Source: Candidatus Omnitrophota bacterium
Lineage (GTDB): Bacteria > Omnitrophota > Gorgyraeia > Gygaellales > Profunditerraquicolaceae
DNA length: 64,000 nucleotides
Direction: 5' to 3'
NCBI GenBank assembly: GCA_030650425.1
Contig: JAUSED010000012.1
Location: 64,905-128,904, forward strand
The translations under genes and the position numbers were made by a program. The notes below the pieces were generated by a model. It ran no database searches, was not told where the DNA came from, and was given only the letters and a program-made list of their open reading frames with translations. Positions within the stretch are counted from its first letter, which is position 1. Each line of letters begins with the position of its first letter. Positions 1 through 10,129 of the stretch are shown in pieces.

Positions 1-276
1 TGAGGCACGCATAGCTATAAGTTCGTTATTATGGTTAAGTTTGCTGAAAGTATAGATAGTGCTTAAAAGGCAGGCGAAGGGAGCGACCTGAATGAACATA
101 ACCGGAAGGTTGGCTAGATAAAACTGGATTAGCAGTGTAAAATGAACGTGCAGTTTTAAGATATCCTCAAGCCGCGAAAGCACGTCGATGATTATGTACA
201 TAAAAAGGAAAACAAAAATACAGGAAACAAAAATAGAGACTACTGACTTTAGAACATATCTGTCTAAGATGCGCAT
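1..276 (-). CDS. lptG: LPS export ABC permease LptG family, 5' part (runs off window)
   Basis: Manual translation from ATG at 276: MRILDRYVLKS...PFACLLSTIYTFSKLNHNNELIAMRAS; directly follows lptF. Confidence 0.85.
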   Translation of the reverse strand, partial: MRILDRYVLKSVVSIFVSCIFVFLFMYIIIDVLSRLEDILKLHVHFTLLIQFYLANLPVMFIQVAPFACLLSTIYTFSKLNHNNELIAMRAS

Positions 277-1370
277 AATCTAAAAGTTAGGATTGTCCCC
301 AGCGTTCCGAAGATGATGTTAGGGGTCCACATGGCTAGTGCCGGGTTGATAAATCCCTCTATCCCCAAGGACTCGCAGCCGATAAGCAGTGGATAATACG
401 CGATAATAATCAGGATGGCTAGGCCAATATTAATAGATTTTTCCCTGCGCCGGGTAATTATAGCAAGTGGAATTCCCATGAGCACAAAGACGAGGCAGGA
501 GAAAGCGAGGGTTAATTTTTCATGGATTTCCACAATCAACGGAGCCGGATTTATATTCAAGCTCTTTAATCTTTTAATCTCATTCCTTAATTCCTGAATC
601 GTCATTTCTTTTTCTTTTTTCGCTATATTTCCGGATTTCTGGGCGTCAGCCAGGTTTAAGTTCATAAAATAAGTTCTAAAATTAAGCTTATAGAAATTAG
701 TGGGATTATTCGGGTCAGGTTCATCGCTTGTCCCATCCATAAGTTTTAATTTAACCGAATTTTTCTCCGGGATGGTGATAAATTCACCGCTTTTGGCGAC
801 GATGGTGCGCGTGGGCTTATCATCTCCTTGAGGTTCGTAGATGCGCACGTTAAGCAGCCGGTTACGCTTTTGGTCGACCTTATAAATAAATAAGACATAT
901 TTTTGAAAGGAATTGATGAAAACACCTTCTTCAAAAGCAGCGGTGGGATTTTTTACGCCTATTTGAATCAGGGTCTTGCGGTATTCATAGTGCGCGTAGG
1001 AGGCAGCCCGGTCATTGAATAAAACCAGCCCTAAACTTAAAATTAACCCTAAGGTGATTAGGGGAAGGATGAGTTGGAAAATATTTATTCCGCTTGCCCT
1101 TATGGCGATAATTTCGTTGTCGCTGGATAATCTGCCCAGGGACATAAGCACGGCGACCAAAATAGAGATAGGCAGGGCATAGGTGACGATGTAAGGGGTC
1201 ATTAACAGGAATAGTTTAATCACGCTTAAGATATCCACACCCTTGTTAATGACTAGGTCAGCGATCTTTTTGAGGTTACCCGCGATAATCATCACAAAGC
1301 TTAAGACACCGAGGGTCAGAAAGAATGGGCCGATAAATTCTTTTAACAAATAGTTACGCAGGATTTTCAT
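264..1370 (-). CDS. lptF: LPS export ABC permease LptF family
   Basis: MKILRNYLLKE start, GRLSSDNEIIAIRASG motif, 3+3 TM layout. Confidence 0.9.
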   Translation of the reverse strand: MKILRNYLLKEFIGPFFLTLGVLSFVMIIAGNLKKIADLVINKGVDILSVIKLFLLMTPYIVTYALPISILVAVLMSLGRLSSDNEIIAIRASGINIFQLILPLITLGLILSLGLVLFNDRAASYAHYEYRKTLIQIGVKNPTAAFEEGVFINSFQKYVLFIYKVDQKRNRLLNVRIYEPQGDDKPTRTIVAKSGEFITIPEKNSVKLKLMDGTSDEPDPNNPTNFYKLNFRTYFMNLNLADAQKSGNIAKKEKEMTIQELRNEIKRLKSLNINPAPLIVEIHEKLTLAFSCLVFVLMGIPLAIITRRREKSINIGLAILIIIAYYPLLIGCESLGIEGFINPALAMWTPNIIFGTLGTILTFRLCAS

Positions 1371-1373
1371 GGG

Positions 1374-2105
1374 TTAGTTGGCTAAAGTTAACACAAATAC
1401 AATATTCGCCCCGGCATCTTTCAGAGAAAGCGCCGCCTCGGAAGAAGTCGCGCCTGTAGTCAGGACATCATCAACGATCAGGATGTTTTTATTCTTTAAG
1501 TCACTGTCTTGAGAAACGAAAAAACTTTCTTTGACATTAGCGAAACGTTTATCCGTCGCTAGCCCGGTTTGGGTCTTGGTTAGGCGATGGCGGTAAAGCG
1601 CGTCAGTGATTAAGTCTTTCTTAAATTCGAGAGCGATCTGCCGACTTAAAATTTCAGCCTGATTAAACTCTCTTTCGCGCAGGCGCGCTTTATGCAGCGG
1701 GATAGGGATGATAAAATCAAGGTAATCAACAGGCAGTTCGTATTCTTTGATGAATTCGATCATTATCTTGCTTAAAGGCTTCCCCAGATGGTCTTTACTT
1801 TTATATTTGAATTCATGGATTAATTCTTTGGTTACCCCTTCATATAAACAGGGGCTGAAGGCGCGGTCAAAATGCAGCCTTTTTTTTAAACAAGCCGGGC
1901 AGATATTCTTGTTTAGGCTTTTTTTCTCAAGGTGCCTACCGCAGCTTGCGCAGAAAGGAGGCAGGTTTCTCTTGATCTTGAGCCGGCAGCCGTTGCAAAT
2001 GTATCCGTCGGTGTTGAACGCGTCAAGTTTGCGTTTGCAGGCCAGGCAAACTTTAGGATACGCGATATCCGTTAATCTCCGGATAAAACGAAACAACATG
2101 CACAT
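1374..2105 (-). CDS. comF: ComF family protein (double Zn ribbon + PRTase)
   Basis: Four CxxC pairs, REREFNQA, IVDDVLTTGAT. Confidence 0.9.
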   Translation of the reverse strand: MCMLFRFIRRLTDIAYPKVCLACKRKLDAFNTDGYICNGCRLKIKRNLPPFCASCGRHLEKKSLNKNICPACLKKRLHFDRAFSPCLYEGVTKELIHEFKYKSKDHLGKPLSKIMIEFIKEYELPVDYLDFIIPIPLHKARLREREFNQAEILSRQIALEFKKDLITDALYRHRLTKTQTGLATDKRFANVKESFFVSQDSDLKNKNILIVDDVLTTGATSSEAALSLKDAGANIVFVLTLAN

Positions 2106-2166
2106 ATGATAACAGCTAATTTATTGTTTGTCAATTACACCGATGATGTTATAATAAACTCCAATT

Positions 2167-2901
2167 ATGCAAAGAAAATCAAAGATAATTATTTCTTTAA
2201 GCGTGTTGCTGTTGGTTGTTTTGGCCGCGGCAGCTTTCTGTATATTTTTTGACGAAGCAGTCATCGTCAGGAAAAACACGATTTACCGCGTGAGAGCCGC
2301 GGATAAATTAGTGGCTTTGACTTTTGATGACGGCCCTTCTCCGGTATGGACGCCTAAAATACTCGATGAGCTGAATAAAGAAGGGGTTAAAGCCACCTTT
2401 TTTATGCTGGGCGCGCACGTGGAAAAATACCCCGCCGTGGCCGAGCGCGTGGCAAAAGAAGGCCATGAAATAGGTAACCACACCTATGATCACCATGTCT
2501 TGATTTATTATAAACCGGAAGAGCTTAAGGATGAGATAAATCATGCCGAACGCGTCATAAAAAACGTTACGGGTGTTACTCCTAAATATTTCCGGCCTCC
2601 CAAGGCCTGGCTTACGCAAAAAGAAAAAGTGATCATAGGCCGGATGGGGTATAAAGTTATCCTTTGGTCGCTTAATTCCAAAGATTGGGTAACTTTCCAT
2701 GATAAGCAGATTACCTCTTACATTTTAAGGCGTATCCGGCCGGGGGATATTATCTTATTCCACGATAGCGGAGGCGCTTTTACTACTGAAGGCGGTGATC
2801 GGGCTCAAACGGTTAAAACTATTTCAAGATTAGTGAGAAAACTGCGGGAAAGAGGATATAAGTTTGTAACCATATCCGAACTTTTAGAAGGGGCTAAATG
2901 A
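2167..2901 (+). CDS. Polysaccharide deacetylase (CE4/NodB), N-terminal anchor
   Basis: TFDDGP, HTYDH, FRPP, ILFHD motifs. Confidence 0.92.
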   Translation: MQRKSKIIISLSVLLLVVLAAAAFCIFFDEAVIVRKNTIYRVRAADKLVALTFDDGPSPVWTPKILDELNKEGVKATFFMLGAHVEKYPAVAERVAKEGHEIGNHTYDHHVLIYYKPEELKDEINHAERVIKNVTGVTPKYFRPPKAWLTQKEKVIIGRMGYKVILWSLNSKDWVTFHDKQITSYILRRIRPGDIILFHDSGGAFTTEGGDRAQTVKTISRLVRKLRERGYKFVTISELLEGAK

Positions 2902-4541
2902 AAAAAAACAATTTAATTCATTTGTTAATCTTGATGGGTTTGGCCTACATATACTTGATGTTTGGAAACGGTACGCTGAGCTTAACCAATCCCGACGAAG
3001 TTTTTTACGCTCAGACAGCCAAAGAGATGATTCAGCATAAATCTTGGATGACCCCGTATTTATTCGGCCAGCCCCAATTTGAAAAGCCGATTCTTTTATA
3101 TTGGTTGATGCGTATCAGTATCGGGATTTTCGGAAATACCAGCTTTGCCGCCCGGTTTGCTCCCGCGTTTTTCGGTATCTTGGGAGTGATCGCGGTATAC
3201 TTCATAACTTTAATCGGTTTTAAGAACGAGAAAAAAGCGTTTATTTCAAGCCTGATTTTACTTTCCAGCGGATTTTATATCGGCTTATCCCGGAGTGTCT
3301 TTACCGACCTGATTTTCTCAGTGTTGATTCTGTTTGCGCTTTTATTTTTTTACTGGGGTTATGCCTATCCGCGCAGGAAGGGATGGGGTATTATATTATT
3401 TTTTGCCGCGATGGCTCTGGCGGTTTTAGCTAAAGGGCCGCTTGGCTGCCTGATTCCGCTCTCGACCGTCGTCGTATTCCTATTTATAAAGAAGGATTTG
3501 AAATTCTTATTTTCCAAATATTCTCTGTGGGGTTTGTTGGCTTTTAGCGTTATCGCGCTCCCTTGGTATATCTTAATGGAGATAAGGTATGGGGCAAGTT
3601 TTAACCGGGAGTTTTTTTATAATGACCACTTTGTCCGGCTGATTAAGGCGGAGCATCCCGATAACGATAAATGGTACTTTTATCCGTTCACAATGATCGG
3701 CACTGTTTTCCCGTGGTGCCTGTATACATTAATCGGGCTTGTTTATTTGCTTAAGAATATCAAACGCCATCTAGAAAGCTTTAATATTTTTCTGATCGTT
3801 TGGATAACGATGGTTCTGCTTATCTTTCAGTTCGCGCATTCTAAGCTGACCAGTTATATATTCCCGCTCTATCCGGCGCTGATCATTATCGCGGGAGATT
3901 TTATTTATAACAGTATATCCGGAAAAAATAAAGGCCGGTTATTTTATTTTTCATCTTTGATTATGGCGGTATTTATTTTAATCGTGTCAATAGGGTTAAT
4001 TGCCGCTCTTGGGGCTTTTGCCCCTTATTTGAGTTCCAAGGCGCCGGTTTACGCGTTGAGCGCCGCCTTGTTTATCTTGGGTATCTTGGCTTTGGTTTTG
4101 GTATCGCGCAAAAAGTTTTTAGGCTTTACTTTGGTATTGGCCTCATCGCTGTTAGTAATTTTATTCGGCTCGGCTTCTATCCATGAAGATATTGAGCCGT
4201 TTGTCTCTTCTAAGGCCGCCAGCGAATATCTTATTAAAAATTATACTTTCAGCGGCCCGATCATCTGCTCGAAGTTTTATGCGCGCGGGGTGAAGTTCTA
4301 TACCGATAAAGAGGTTGTCGTTGTGGATATCCCCGGGACGCCTTTCTTCAGTCCGCATCCTCTGCCTTTCTTGAATTCTCATCTTAAGGTGAGGGATTTC
4401 TTAGCTCAACGGCCGGTTAACTACGGCATTATCAAGAGGACGAATGTGAAAGACTTTGAATACCTGAGCGCCGGCTATTATAAATTTGAAGTGTTGAAAC
4501 AGATCGGCAATGAATATATCATCAGGGTAACGCCGCTATGA
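2898..4541 (+). CDS. ArnT/GT39-like membrane glycosyltransferase
   Basis: PDEVFYAQTAKEM, FEKPIL, LAKGP motifs; multiple TMs. Confidence 0.88.
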   Translation: MKKNNLIHLLILMGLAYIYLMFGNGTLSLTNPDEVFYAQTAKEMIQHKSWMTPYLFGQPQFEKPILLYWLMRISIGIFGNTSFAARFAPAFFGILGVIAVYFITLIGFKNEKKAFISSLILLSSGFYIGLSRSVFTDLIFSVLILFALLFFYWGYAYPRRKGWGIILFFAAMALAVLAKGPLGCLIPLSTVVVFLFIKKDLKFLFSKYSLWGLLAFSVIALPWYILMEIRYGASFNREFFYNDHFVRLIKAEHPDNDKWYFYPFTMIGTVFPWCLYTLIGLVYLLKNIKRHLESFNIFLIVWITMVLLIFQFAHSKLTSYIFPLYPALIIIAGDFIYNSISGKNKGRLFYFSSLIMAVFILIVSIGLIAALGAFAPYLSSKAPVYALSAALFILGILALVLVSRKKFLGFTLVLASSLLVILFGSASIHEDIEPFVSSKAASEYLIKNYTFSGPIICSKFYARGVKFYTDKEVVVVDIPGTPFFSPHPLPFLNSHLKVRDFLAQRPVNYGIIKRTNVKDFEYLSAGYYKFEVLKQIGNEYIIRVTPL

Positions 4542-4585
4542 TAGGGATTGACTGAGGCTGTTAAAAATAGTAAAATAAATCCGCT

Positions 4586-5143
4586 ATGGAAGATAATTTC
4601 AAAGAATTAAAAACAAAATTATTTGCCTTGTTGGAAAAAGAAGCCTTAAAGAGAGGTGACTTTTTGCTCTCGAGCGGCAAAAAAAGCAGCTATTATCTTG
4701 ACGGACGGGTGATTACCCTGACTCCTGAAGGCGCGTATTTAACGGCGAGTATTATTTTAGCATTGATCAAGGATAAGCAGATAGACGCGTTGGGAGGCCC
4801 GACATTAGGAGCAGACCCGATTGTGGGAGCGGTTAGCGTTTTAAGCCACATAAAAAATATTCCTCTAAAAACGTTTATCGTAAGGCCGGCGGCTAAAATT
4901 CATGGGACTAACCGTCAAGTGGAAGGCCCTGAGCTAGCCAAAGGGAGTAAGGTTATGTTGGTCGATGATGTAGCTACCACTGGCAAAGCGCTTATTGAAG
5001 CCAAGCAGGCCTTGGATAAACTGGGCATCATTACCAAGTCAGCCTTGGTGATCGTCGATAGATGCGAAGGCGCTAAAGAGAATTTGAGCAAAGAAGGCTT
5101 GAGCCTGGAATCTATATTTACCATAAAAGACTTCGGACTGTAG
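4586..5143 (+). CDS. pyrE: Orotate phosphoribosyltransferase
   Basis: FLLSSGKKSSYYLD, VDDVATTG. Confidence 0.95.
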   Translation: MEDNFKELKTKLFALLEKEALKRGDFLLSSGKKSSYYLDGRVITLTPEGAYLTASIILALIKDKQIDALGGPTLGADPIVGAVSVLSHIKNIPLKTFIVRPAAKIHGTNRQVEGPELAKGSKVMLVDDVATTGKALIEAKQALDKLGIITKSALVIVDRCEGAKENLSKEGLSLESIFTIKDFGL

Positions 5144-5149
5144 AAAACA

Positions 5150-5181
5150 AGGGACCGTTTCCCTAAAGGGAAACGGTCCCT
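5150..5181. repeat. Perfect 15-bp palindromic hairpin (REP-like)
   Basis: AGGGACCGTTTCCCT-AA-AGGGAAACGGTCCCT. Confidence 0.85.
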
Positions 5182-5192
5182 AATCGATTATA

Positions 5193-6437
5193 GTGCAAAA
5201 TAGAAAAATAGCGGTTGTCGGCGCGGGCCCTGCCGGGATGATCGCGGCAATTAAGGCCGCGCAACTTTCCCAAGAAGTAACTCTTATCGATAAAAACCCT
5301 TCCTTAGGCAAAAAACTCCTGCTTAGCGGCAAAGGCCGCTGTAATCTAACCAATACCTGCGATTTAGATTCATTCTTAAAAAGGTTTTCCAGAAACGGAG
5401 AATTTTTAAGGGATGCCTTTAAGAAATTTTTTAATCAGGATTTGATAAATTTTTTTGAGACAAGAGGCCTCTCGCTTAAAACGGAGAGGCAGTTACGGGT
5501 ATTTCCGGTTACGGACAGCTCGAGTAGTATAGTAAGCGTACTTGAGCAGGAATTGATTAAGCAAAACGTAAAGATTATGCGTAAAACCAAAGTAAAAGAT
5601 ATCTTGATCAAAGAAAATCAGCTAAAAGGATTATATCTGGAAGCCGGCGAATTCCTCCCTTTTGATAAAATAATTCTAGCTACTGGAGGGGCTTCCTACA
5701 GTTTTACCGGTTCAACCGGCGAAGGCTTAAGTTTGGCCAAGAGAGCCGGGCATAAGGTTATTCCATTAAGGCCGGGGCTGGTTCCTTTAGTGACCGAAGA
5801 AAAATATGCTCAAGATCTGGAAGGCCTTACCCTGAAGAATATCCGGCTTAAGTTTTACGCGGGTAAAAATGAAATTATTTCAGAAGTCGGGGAGCTCTTA
5901 TTTACGGGTTTTGGGATTTCCGGGCCGTTAGTGCTTAGCTTAAGCGGTAAAATTGTGGATTGGTTGAATAATAAGAAAGAGGTTTATCTTGAAATAGATT
6001 TAAAGCCGGGCCTGACTAGGGAACAATTAGATTCCCGTTTCTTAAGGGAGTTTAAGGCCAACGCGAAAAAAGGGATTAAACATATTTTGAAAAACATACT
6101 CCCTTTGAGATTAATTAATTTATTTATTGAGCTGGCTAAGATCCAACCCCACAAAAAAGCCAATCAGATTACCTTGAATGAGCGCCAGGCGTTAGTTTCT
6201 CTGCTTAAGGGTTGGCGTTTAAATATCGCTGGTTCCCTTCCGCTGGAAGAAGGGATGATTACCCGGGGTGGAATTTCCTTAAAAGAGATTAACCCTCGCA
6301 CAATGGAATCGCGGCTAGTTAAGGGGCTATATTTTTGCGGGGAGATGATTGATGTGGATGCGGATACCGGAGGATTTAATCTTCAGGCGGCATTCTCGAC
6401 CGGTTATCTTGCCGGAGAAAGCGCTGCGGTAAATTAA
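5193..6437 (+). CDS. HI0933/YhiN family NAD(P)/FAD-dependent oxidoreductase
   Basis: GAGPAG, GKKLLLSGKGRCNLTN, TGGFNLQAAFSTG. Confidence 0.92.
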   Translation: MQNRKIAVVGAGPAGMIAAIKAAQLSQEVTLIDKNPSLGKKLLLSGKGRCNLTNTCDLDSFLKRFSRNGEFLRDAFKKFFNQDLINFFETRGLSLKTERQLRVFPVTDSSSSIVSVLEQELIKQNVKIMRKTKVKDILIKENQLKGLYLEAGEFLPFDKIILATGGASYSFTGSTGEGLSLAKRAGHKVIPLRPGLVPLVTEEKYAQDLEGLTLKNIRLKFYAGKNEIISEVGELLFTGFGISGPLVLSLSGKIVDWLNNKKEVYLEIDLKPGLTREQLDSRFLREFKANAKKGIKHILKNILPLRLINLFIELAKIQPHKKANQITLNERQALVSLLKGWRLNIAGSLPLEEGMITRGGISLKEINPRTMESRLVKGLYFCGEMIDVDADTGGFNLQAAFSTGYLAGESAAVN

Positions 6438-6544
6438 CGGGTCCTGCTCGGGCCTCGGGGTCCTGCCACCGAAGTTTCCCCATTCCTGCGGGCAAGTTTG
6501 TCCTCGGAATAGGGATGCCCCTCTCGGTGTCACCCCTCGGCAAC
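6438..6544. other. GC-rich intergenic rod-like hairpin (unknown ncRNA or palindromic element)
   Basis: Nested arms GGGGT..CACCGAAG / CTCTCGGTGTCACCCC, CCCCATTCC / GGAATAGGG, GGGCAA / TTGTCC. Confidence 0.55.
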
Positions 6545-6551
6545 ATTTTAT

Positions 6552-7907
6552 ATGACACGAATTTACTTAGCGTCTAAATCTAAAGCACGGAAAGAATTAT
6601 TAGAATCTTTGGGCCTGAAGTTCAAAGTCCTGCCGAGTGCGGTTGAGGAAATAGGGAGCGTAAAGGGGATATCCTATATTAAACTTGTTAAATTAAACGC
6701 ACTGAAGAAAGCCGAAGATGTCGCCGCAAAAGTAAAAGATGGCGTAGTTATCGCCGCGGATACGATTATGGTTCAGCATAATAAGATATTCGGTAAGCCT
6801 AAAGATTTAAAAGACGCGATAGCTACGCTGAAGGCGATGTCCGGAAAAACTCAAACTGTTTATACCGGCCTGGCAGTGATTGAAAAGAAGAGCGGCAGAG
6901 TAATCGTTGATTATGAAAAGACCAGGGTTTATATGGATAAATTAAGCGATAAAGAGATCCGCGCTTATTTTGAAAAAGTTTCTCCGTTGGATAAAGCCGG
7001 AAGTTTTGATATACAGGGCAAGGGCGCATTCTTTATCCGCCGGATTGAAGGTTGTTTTTACAACGTGGTTGGTCTTCCTCTAAGAAAATTATACCGGATC
7101 TTTAAGCAGTTCGGTATAACAAACAATATTTTCTGTTTTCTGTTCTCTGTCTTCTGTTTTCTATCTTTATCCGGTTGTTCTACCGAATATAACATCGTTA
7201 CCGGAGAGCAGGAACTTTATTATTACAATACGGATAAAGAAGTACAGATGGGTAAAGCTATCGCTAAGCAGGTAGAGAAGGAAATGAAGCCCGTGGAGGA
7301 TCCTCTGGTTCAAAAACGCGTGGAGGATATCGGTAAAAAAATCGCCGCGGTTTGCGACAGGAAAGAAATAAATTATTATTTTTACGTACTTAATGAAGAT
7401 GATGTGAACGCCTTTTCGCTTCCCGGAGGATATGTTTTTATTTATAAAGGCCTGGTGGATAAAGTCTCTAATGACGATGAGCTGGCCGGAGTGATCGGCC
7501 ATGAAGTCAGCCATATTGTCGCCCGGCATAGTATCAAGAGGCTTCAGGGACAGCAGTTATATTCTGTGTTAAGAGTCCTCACGGCCGCAGCCCCTAGCAT
7601 GGGAGATGTCGGAGCAGCCGCGGATGTCGCGATTACGCAGCTAATCTTAGGTTACAGCCGGGAAGATGAGCTGCTTGCCGACCAGTTGGGTACCAGATAT
7701 GCCCGGTTGGCTGGTTATGATCCGAACGCGATGATAACTTTTCTTAAGAAATTGCAGGAGGTTCAGAAAAGGCGGCCCTTGGCCCCTATTTCTTACTTTA
7801 AAACACACCCTTATGTCCCGGATAGAATCCGCATCGTCAAGGAAGAGCTAGGTAAAGGAATGAATTTTAATGATTACATTAATATCCAAGATCAGCCGCA
7901 CAAATAA
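6552..7907 (+). CDS. Maf nucleotide pyrophosphatase fused to M48 (YfgC/BepA-like) metalloprotease
   Basis: N-terminal LASKSKAR, AADT, DKAGSF, NVVGLP; hydrophobic linker ending LSGC; NAFSLPGG, HEVSH, YSREDELLAD, THP. Confidence 0.88.
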   Translation: MTRIYLASKSKARKELLESLGLKFKVLPSAVEEIGSVKGISYIKLVKLNALKKAEDVAAKVKDGVVIAADTIMVQHNKIFGKPKDLKDAIATLKAMSGKTQTVYTGLAVIEKKSGRVIVDYEKTRVYMDKLSDKEIRAYFEKVSPLDKAGSFDIQGKGAFFIRRIEGCFYNVVGLPLRKLYRIFKQFGITNNIFCFLFSVFCFLSLSGCSTEYNIVTGEQELYYYNTDKEVQMGKAIAKQVEKEMKPVEDPLVQKRVEDIGKKIAAVCDRKEINYYFYVLNEDDVNAFSLPGGYVFIYKGLVDKVSNDDELAGVIGHEVSHIVARHSIKRLQGQQLYSVLRVLTAAAPSMGDVGAAADVAITQLILGYSREDELLADQLGTRYARLAGYDPNAMITFLKKLQEVQKRRPLAPISYFKTHPYVPDRIRIVKEELGKGMNFNDYINIQDQPHK

Positions 7908-8973
7908 GCTATATTTTGTTTTATTTTTTTTATTCTTGATTCTATCCGTTAATCCTTTAGCCGGAGCGGAAAATGAGGAGGCAGATTTGAATACGAATAG
8001 CCCTTTTGGGGTTTTAGAGTTTCTGCATTGGAATCATTCTTGGAACAGCTATAAATATGCCTGTGTCGCGGACTGGGATAGAGTGATTAAGTTAATGAAA
8101 GAGGCCGGCGTCGGTTGGGTAAGAATGGATTTTCTCTGGCAGGATATCGAGCCTGAAGAAGGCAAATTTAACTTTGAGAAATACGATAAAGTCGTTGGCC
8201 TGCTTTATCAAAACAATATTCATCTCCTCGGTATCCTTGATTACAGCGTGGATTGGGCTGCTACCTGCGGAGGCTGGAACTGTCCCCCCAAAGATAATCG
8301 GTTATTTGTTAAGTTCGCGATAATGGTCATTAAACGCTATAAAGATAAAATAAAATATTGGGAGGTTTGGAACGAGCCGGATTCATGCACCTATTGGTCA
8401 GAACAGGATGGCCTGAAGAGCTATTGCAGCCTGTTGAAAGATGTCTATCGGGCCGCAAAACTTGCTGATCCGGATTGTAAGATCCTCAATGGCGGACTCG
8501 CCTTAGGCCTGTCCAGCATCAACCGGCTTTATGACAATGGTGCCAAAAATTATTTTGACATATTAAACCTTCACTTTTTCGAAAACCCGGAGCACGGAGA
8601 AGGTGTGATTAAAGGAGTGATCAATTATCCCAAGCTGGCGTATAAGATCATGAAACGTAACGGCGACGGGAATAAGAAAATCTGGATTACCGAGATCGGC
8701 TCTCCCGGGGTAAAACGCGGGGTGCAGACTGATAATTGGTGGCTGGGGAAGAATCCCAGTGAAAAAGAGCAGGGAGAGTGGCTAAAAAAGGTTTATACGG
8801 AATTACTAAAAGATAAAAATGTGGAGAAGGTGTTTTGGGCGTTCTTCCGCGATTGTTCAGGCCATTGGGGGAATGGCGTAGATTATTTCGGGCTGATCCG
8901 CTGGGACTATTCCCGTAAACCCAGCTTTAAGGCCTATAAAGAATGTGTTGATAATTGGAAAAACAGTAAGTAG
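7870..8973 (+). CDS. Secreted clan GH-A glycoside hydrolase (GH5/GH39-like)
   Basis: Signal peptide, WEVWNEPD acid/base, IWITEIG nucleophile, FGL. Confidence 0.8.
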   Translation: MITLISKISRTNKLYFVLFFLFLILSVNPLAGAENEEADLNTNSPFGVLEFLHWNHSWNSYKYACVADWDRVIKLMKEAGVGWVRMDFLWQDIEPEEGKFNFEKYDKVVGLLYQNNIHLLGILDYSVDWAATCGGWNCPPKDNRLFVKFAIMVIKRYKDKIKYWEVWNEPDSCTYWSEQDGLKSYCSLLKDVYRAAKLADPDCKILNGGLALGLSSINRLYDNGAKNYFDILNLHFFENPEHGEGVIKGVINYPKLAYKIMKRNGDGNKKIWITEIGSPGVKRGVQTDNWWLGKNPSEKEQGEWLKKVYTELLKDKNVEKVFWAFFRDCSGHWGNGVDYFGLIRWDYSRKPSFKAYKECVDNWKNSK

Positions 8974-8982
8974 ATAAAAGAT

Positions 8983-9066
8983 TGGTGCGGAAGGAGGGAG
9001 TTGAACCCTCAAGGGTTTCCCCACTAGCTTCTGAGACTAGCGCGTATGCCATTCCGCCACTTCCGC
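8983..9066 (-). tRNA. tRNA-Leu(CAG)
   Basis: Reverse complement GCGGAAG..., anticodon arm CTAGT-CTCAGAA-GCTAG, long variable arm, GTTCAA, CCA. Confidence 0.95.
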
Positions 9067-9172
9067 ATGACGAGTTAGTATATCCTAGCTCTTACCTCCT
9101 GTCAAATATAAAAGCATTGCCTGCCCATAGTTTTATTGTTATAATAATAATCTTAAATTAAGAGGATAAATT

Positions 9173-10129
9173 ATGCCTTTAGAGCACTTTAAGATAACCG
9201 GTATCGCTGTTTTCCAAATTTTTATTCTGGCGGTAATAGGGTATTTGCTGGTGAAGAGGAAATTTTTAGGAGGAACAGGCCTGGACGCCATCAGCAATCT
9301 GGTGATGGAGGTTACTTTACCCGTCCTTATCTTCTGCCAGCTAATTAAGGATTTCTCTTTCCAAGCTTATCCAAACTGGTGGATTTTTCCTCTTTTAAGT
9401 ATACTTATTACGGCCATAGGTTTGGCGCTAGGATTTCTCTTTTCGTTTTTGGTCAAGGGCGAGCTGCATAAATTGCAGTTTATCAGCTTGGTGGGTTTTC
9501 AGAATTCAGGATACCTCCCTTTGGCTTTGGCAGCGGCTTTACTCTCAGGAGAGCAGCTTAGCGCGATGTTTATCTATTTGTTTTTGTTTCTTACCGGTTT
9601 TAACTTAGTGATGTTTTCCGTCGGTACGCACATCCTGAATTTTCACAAAGAAAGGAAATTTGACTGGTCGAACCTTTTGAGCGCGCCGGTTGTGGTTACC
9701 TTAGTTAGTTTAATCATCATCCTTTTGGGTTGGAATAAATTTGTGCCGGATACAATGATCAAGCCGTTACGGATGTTAGGGGATAGCACGCTTCCTTTAG
9801 CTATGTTGGTAGTCGGTGGGAATCTGGCTGAAATAAGCCTGAAGGCCATTGACAAGAAGGCGATATCGCTTTTAATTTTAGCCAAGATGATTATTCTTCC
9901 CGCGCTAGGCGTGCTGTTAATTATTCCTTTGGGAATCCCGAAATTAATCGGTTTACTCATGCTTATCCAATTGGCCGCGCCTTCGGCAGTGACCTCATCG
10001 GTAATCCTGAGGAATTACAAAAAAGAGGATCTTTTGGTTAGTCAGGGGATACTGCTTACGCATATTGCCAGCATTATTACGATTCCCCTATTTTTAATTA
10101 TATATTTTAGCCAAACTATGCTAAAATGA
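9173..10129 (+). CDS. AEC (auxin efflux carrier) family transporter
   Basis: 10 TMs, NSGYLPL, PLAMLVVG, AAPSA. Confidence 0.88.
   Translation: MPLEHFKITGIAVFQIFILAVIGYLLVKRKFLGGTGLDAISNLVMEVTLPVLIFCQLIKDFSFQAYPNWWIFPLLSILITAIGLALGFLFSFLVKGELHKLQFISLVGFQNSGYLPLALAAALLSGEQLSAMFIYLFLFLTGFNLVMFSVGTHILNFHKERKFDWSNLLSAPVVVTLVSLIIILLGWNKFVPDTMIKPLRMLGDSTLPLAMLVVGGNLAEISLKAIDKKAISLLILAKMIILPALGVLLIIPLGIPKLIGLLMLIQLAAPSAVTSSVILRNYKKEDLLVSQGILLTHIASIITIPLFLIIYFSQTMLK

Noticed and set aside
6438-6544. SRP (4.5S) or 6S RNA
   Set aside because: No CAGG-GNRA-AGCA helix-8 motif on either strand; too short for 6S
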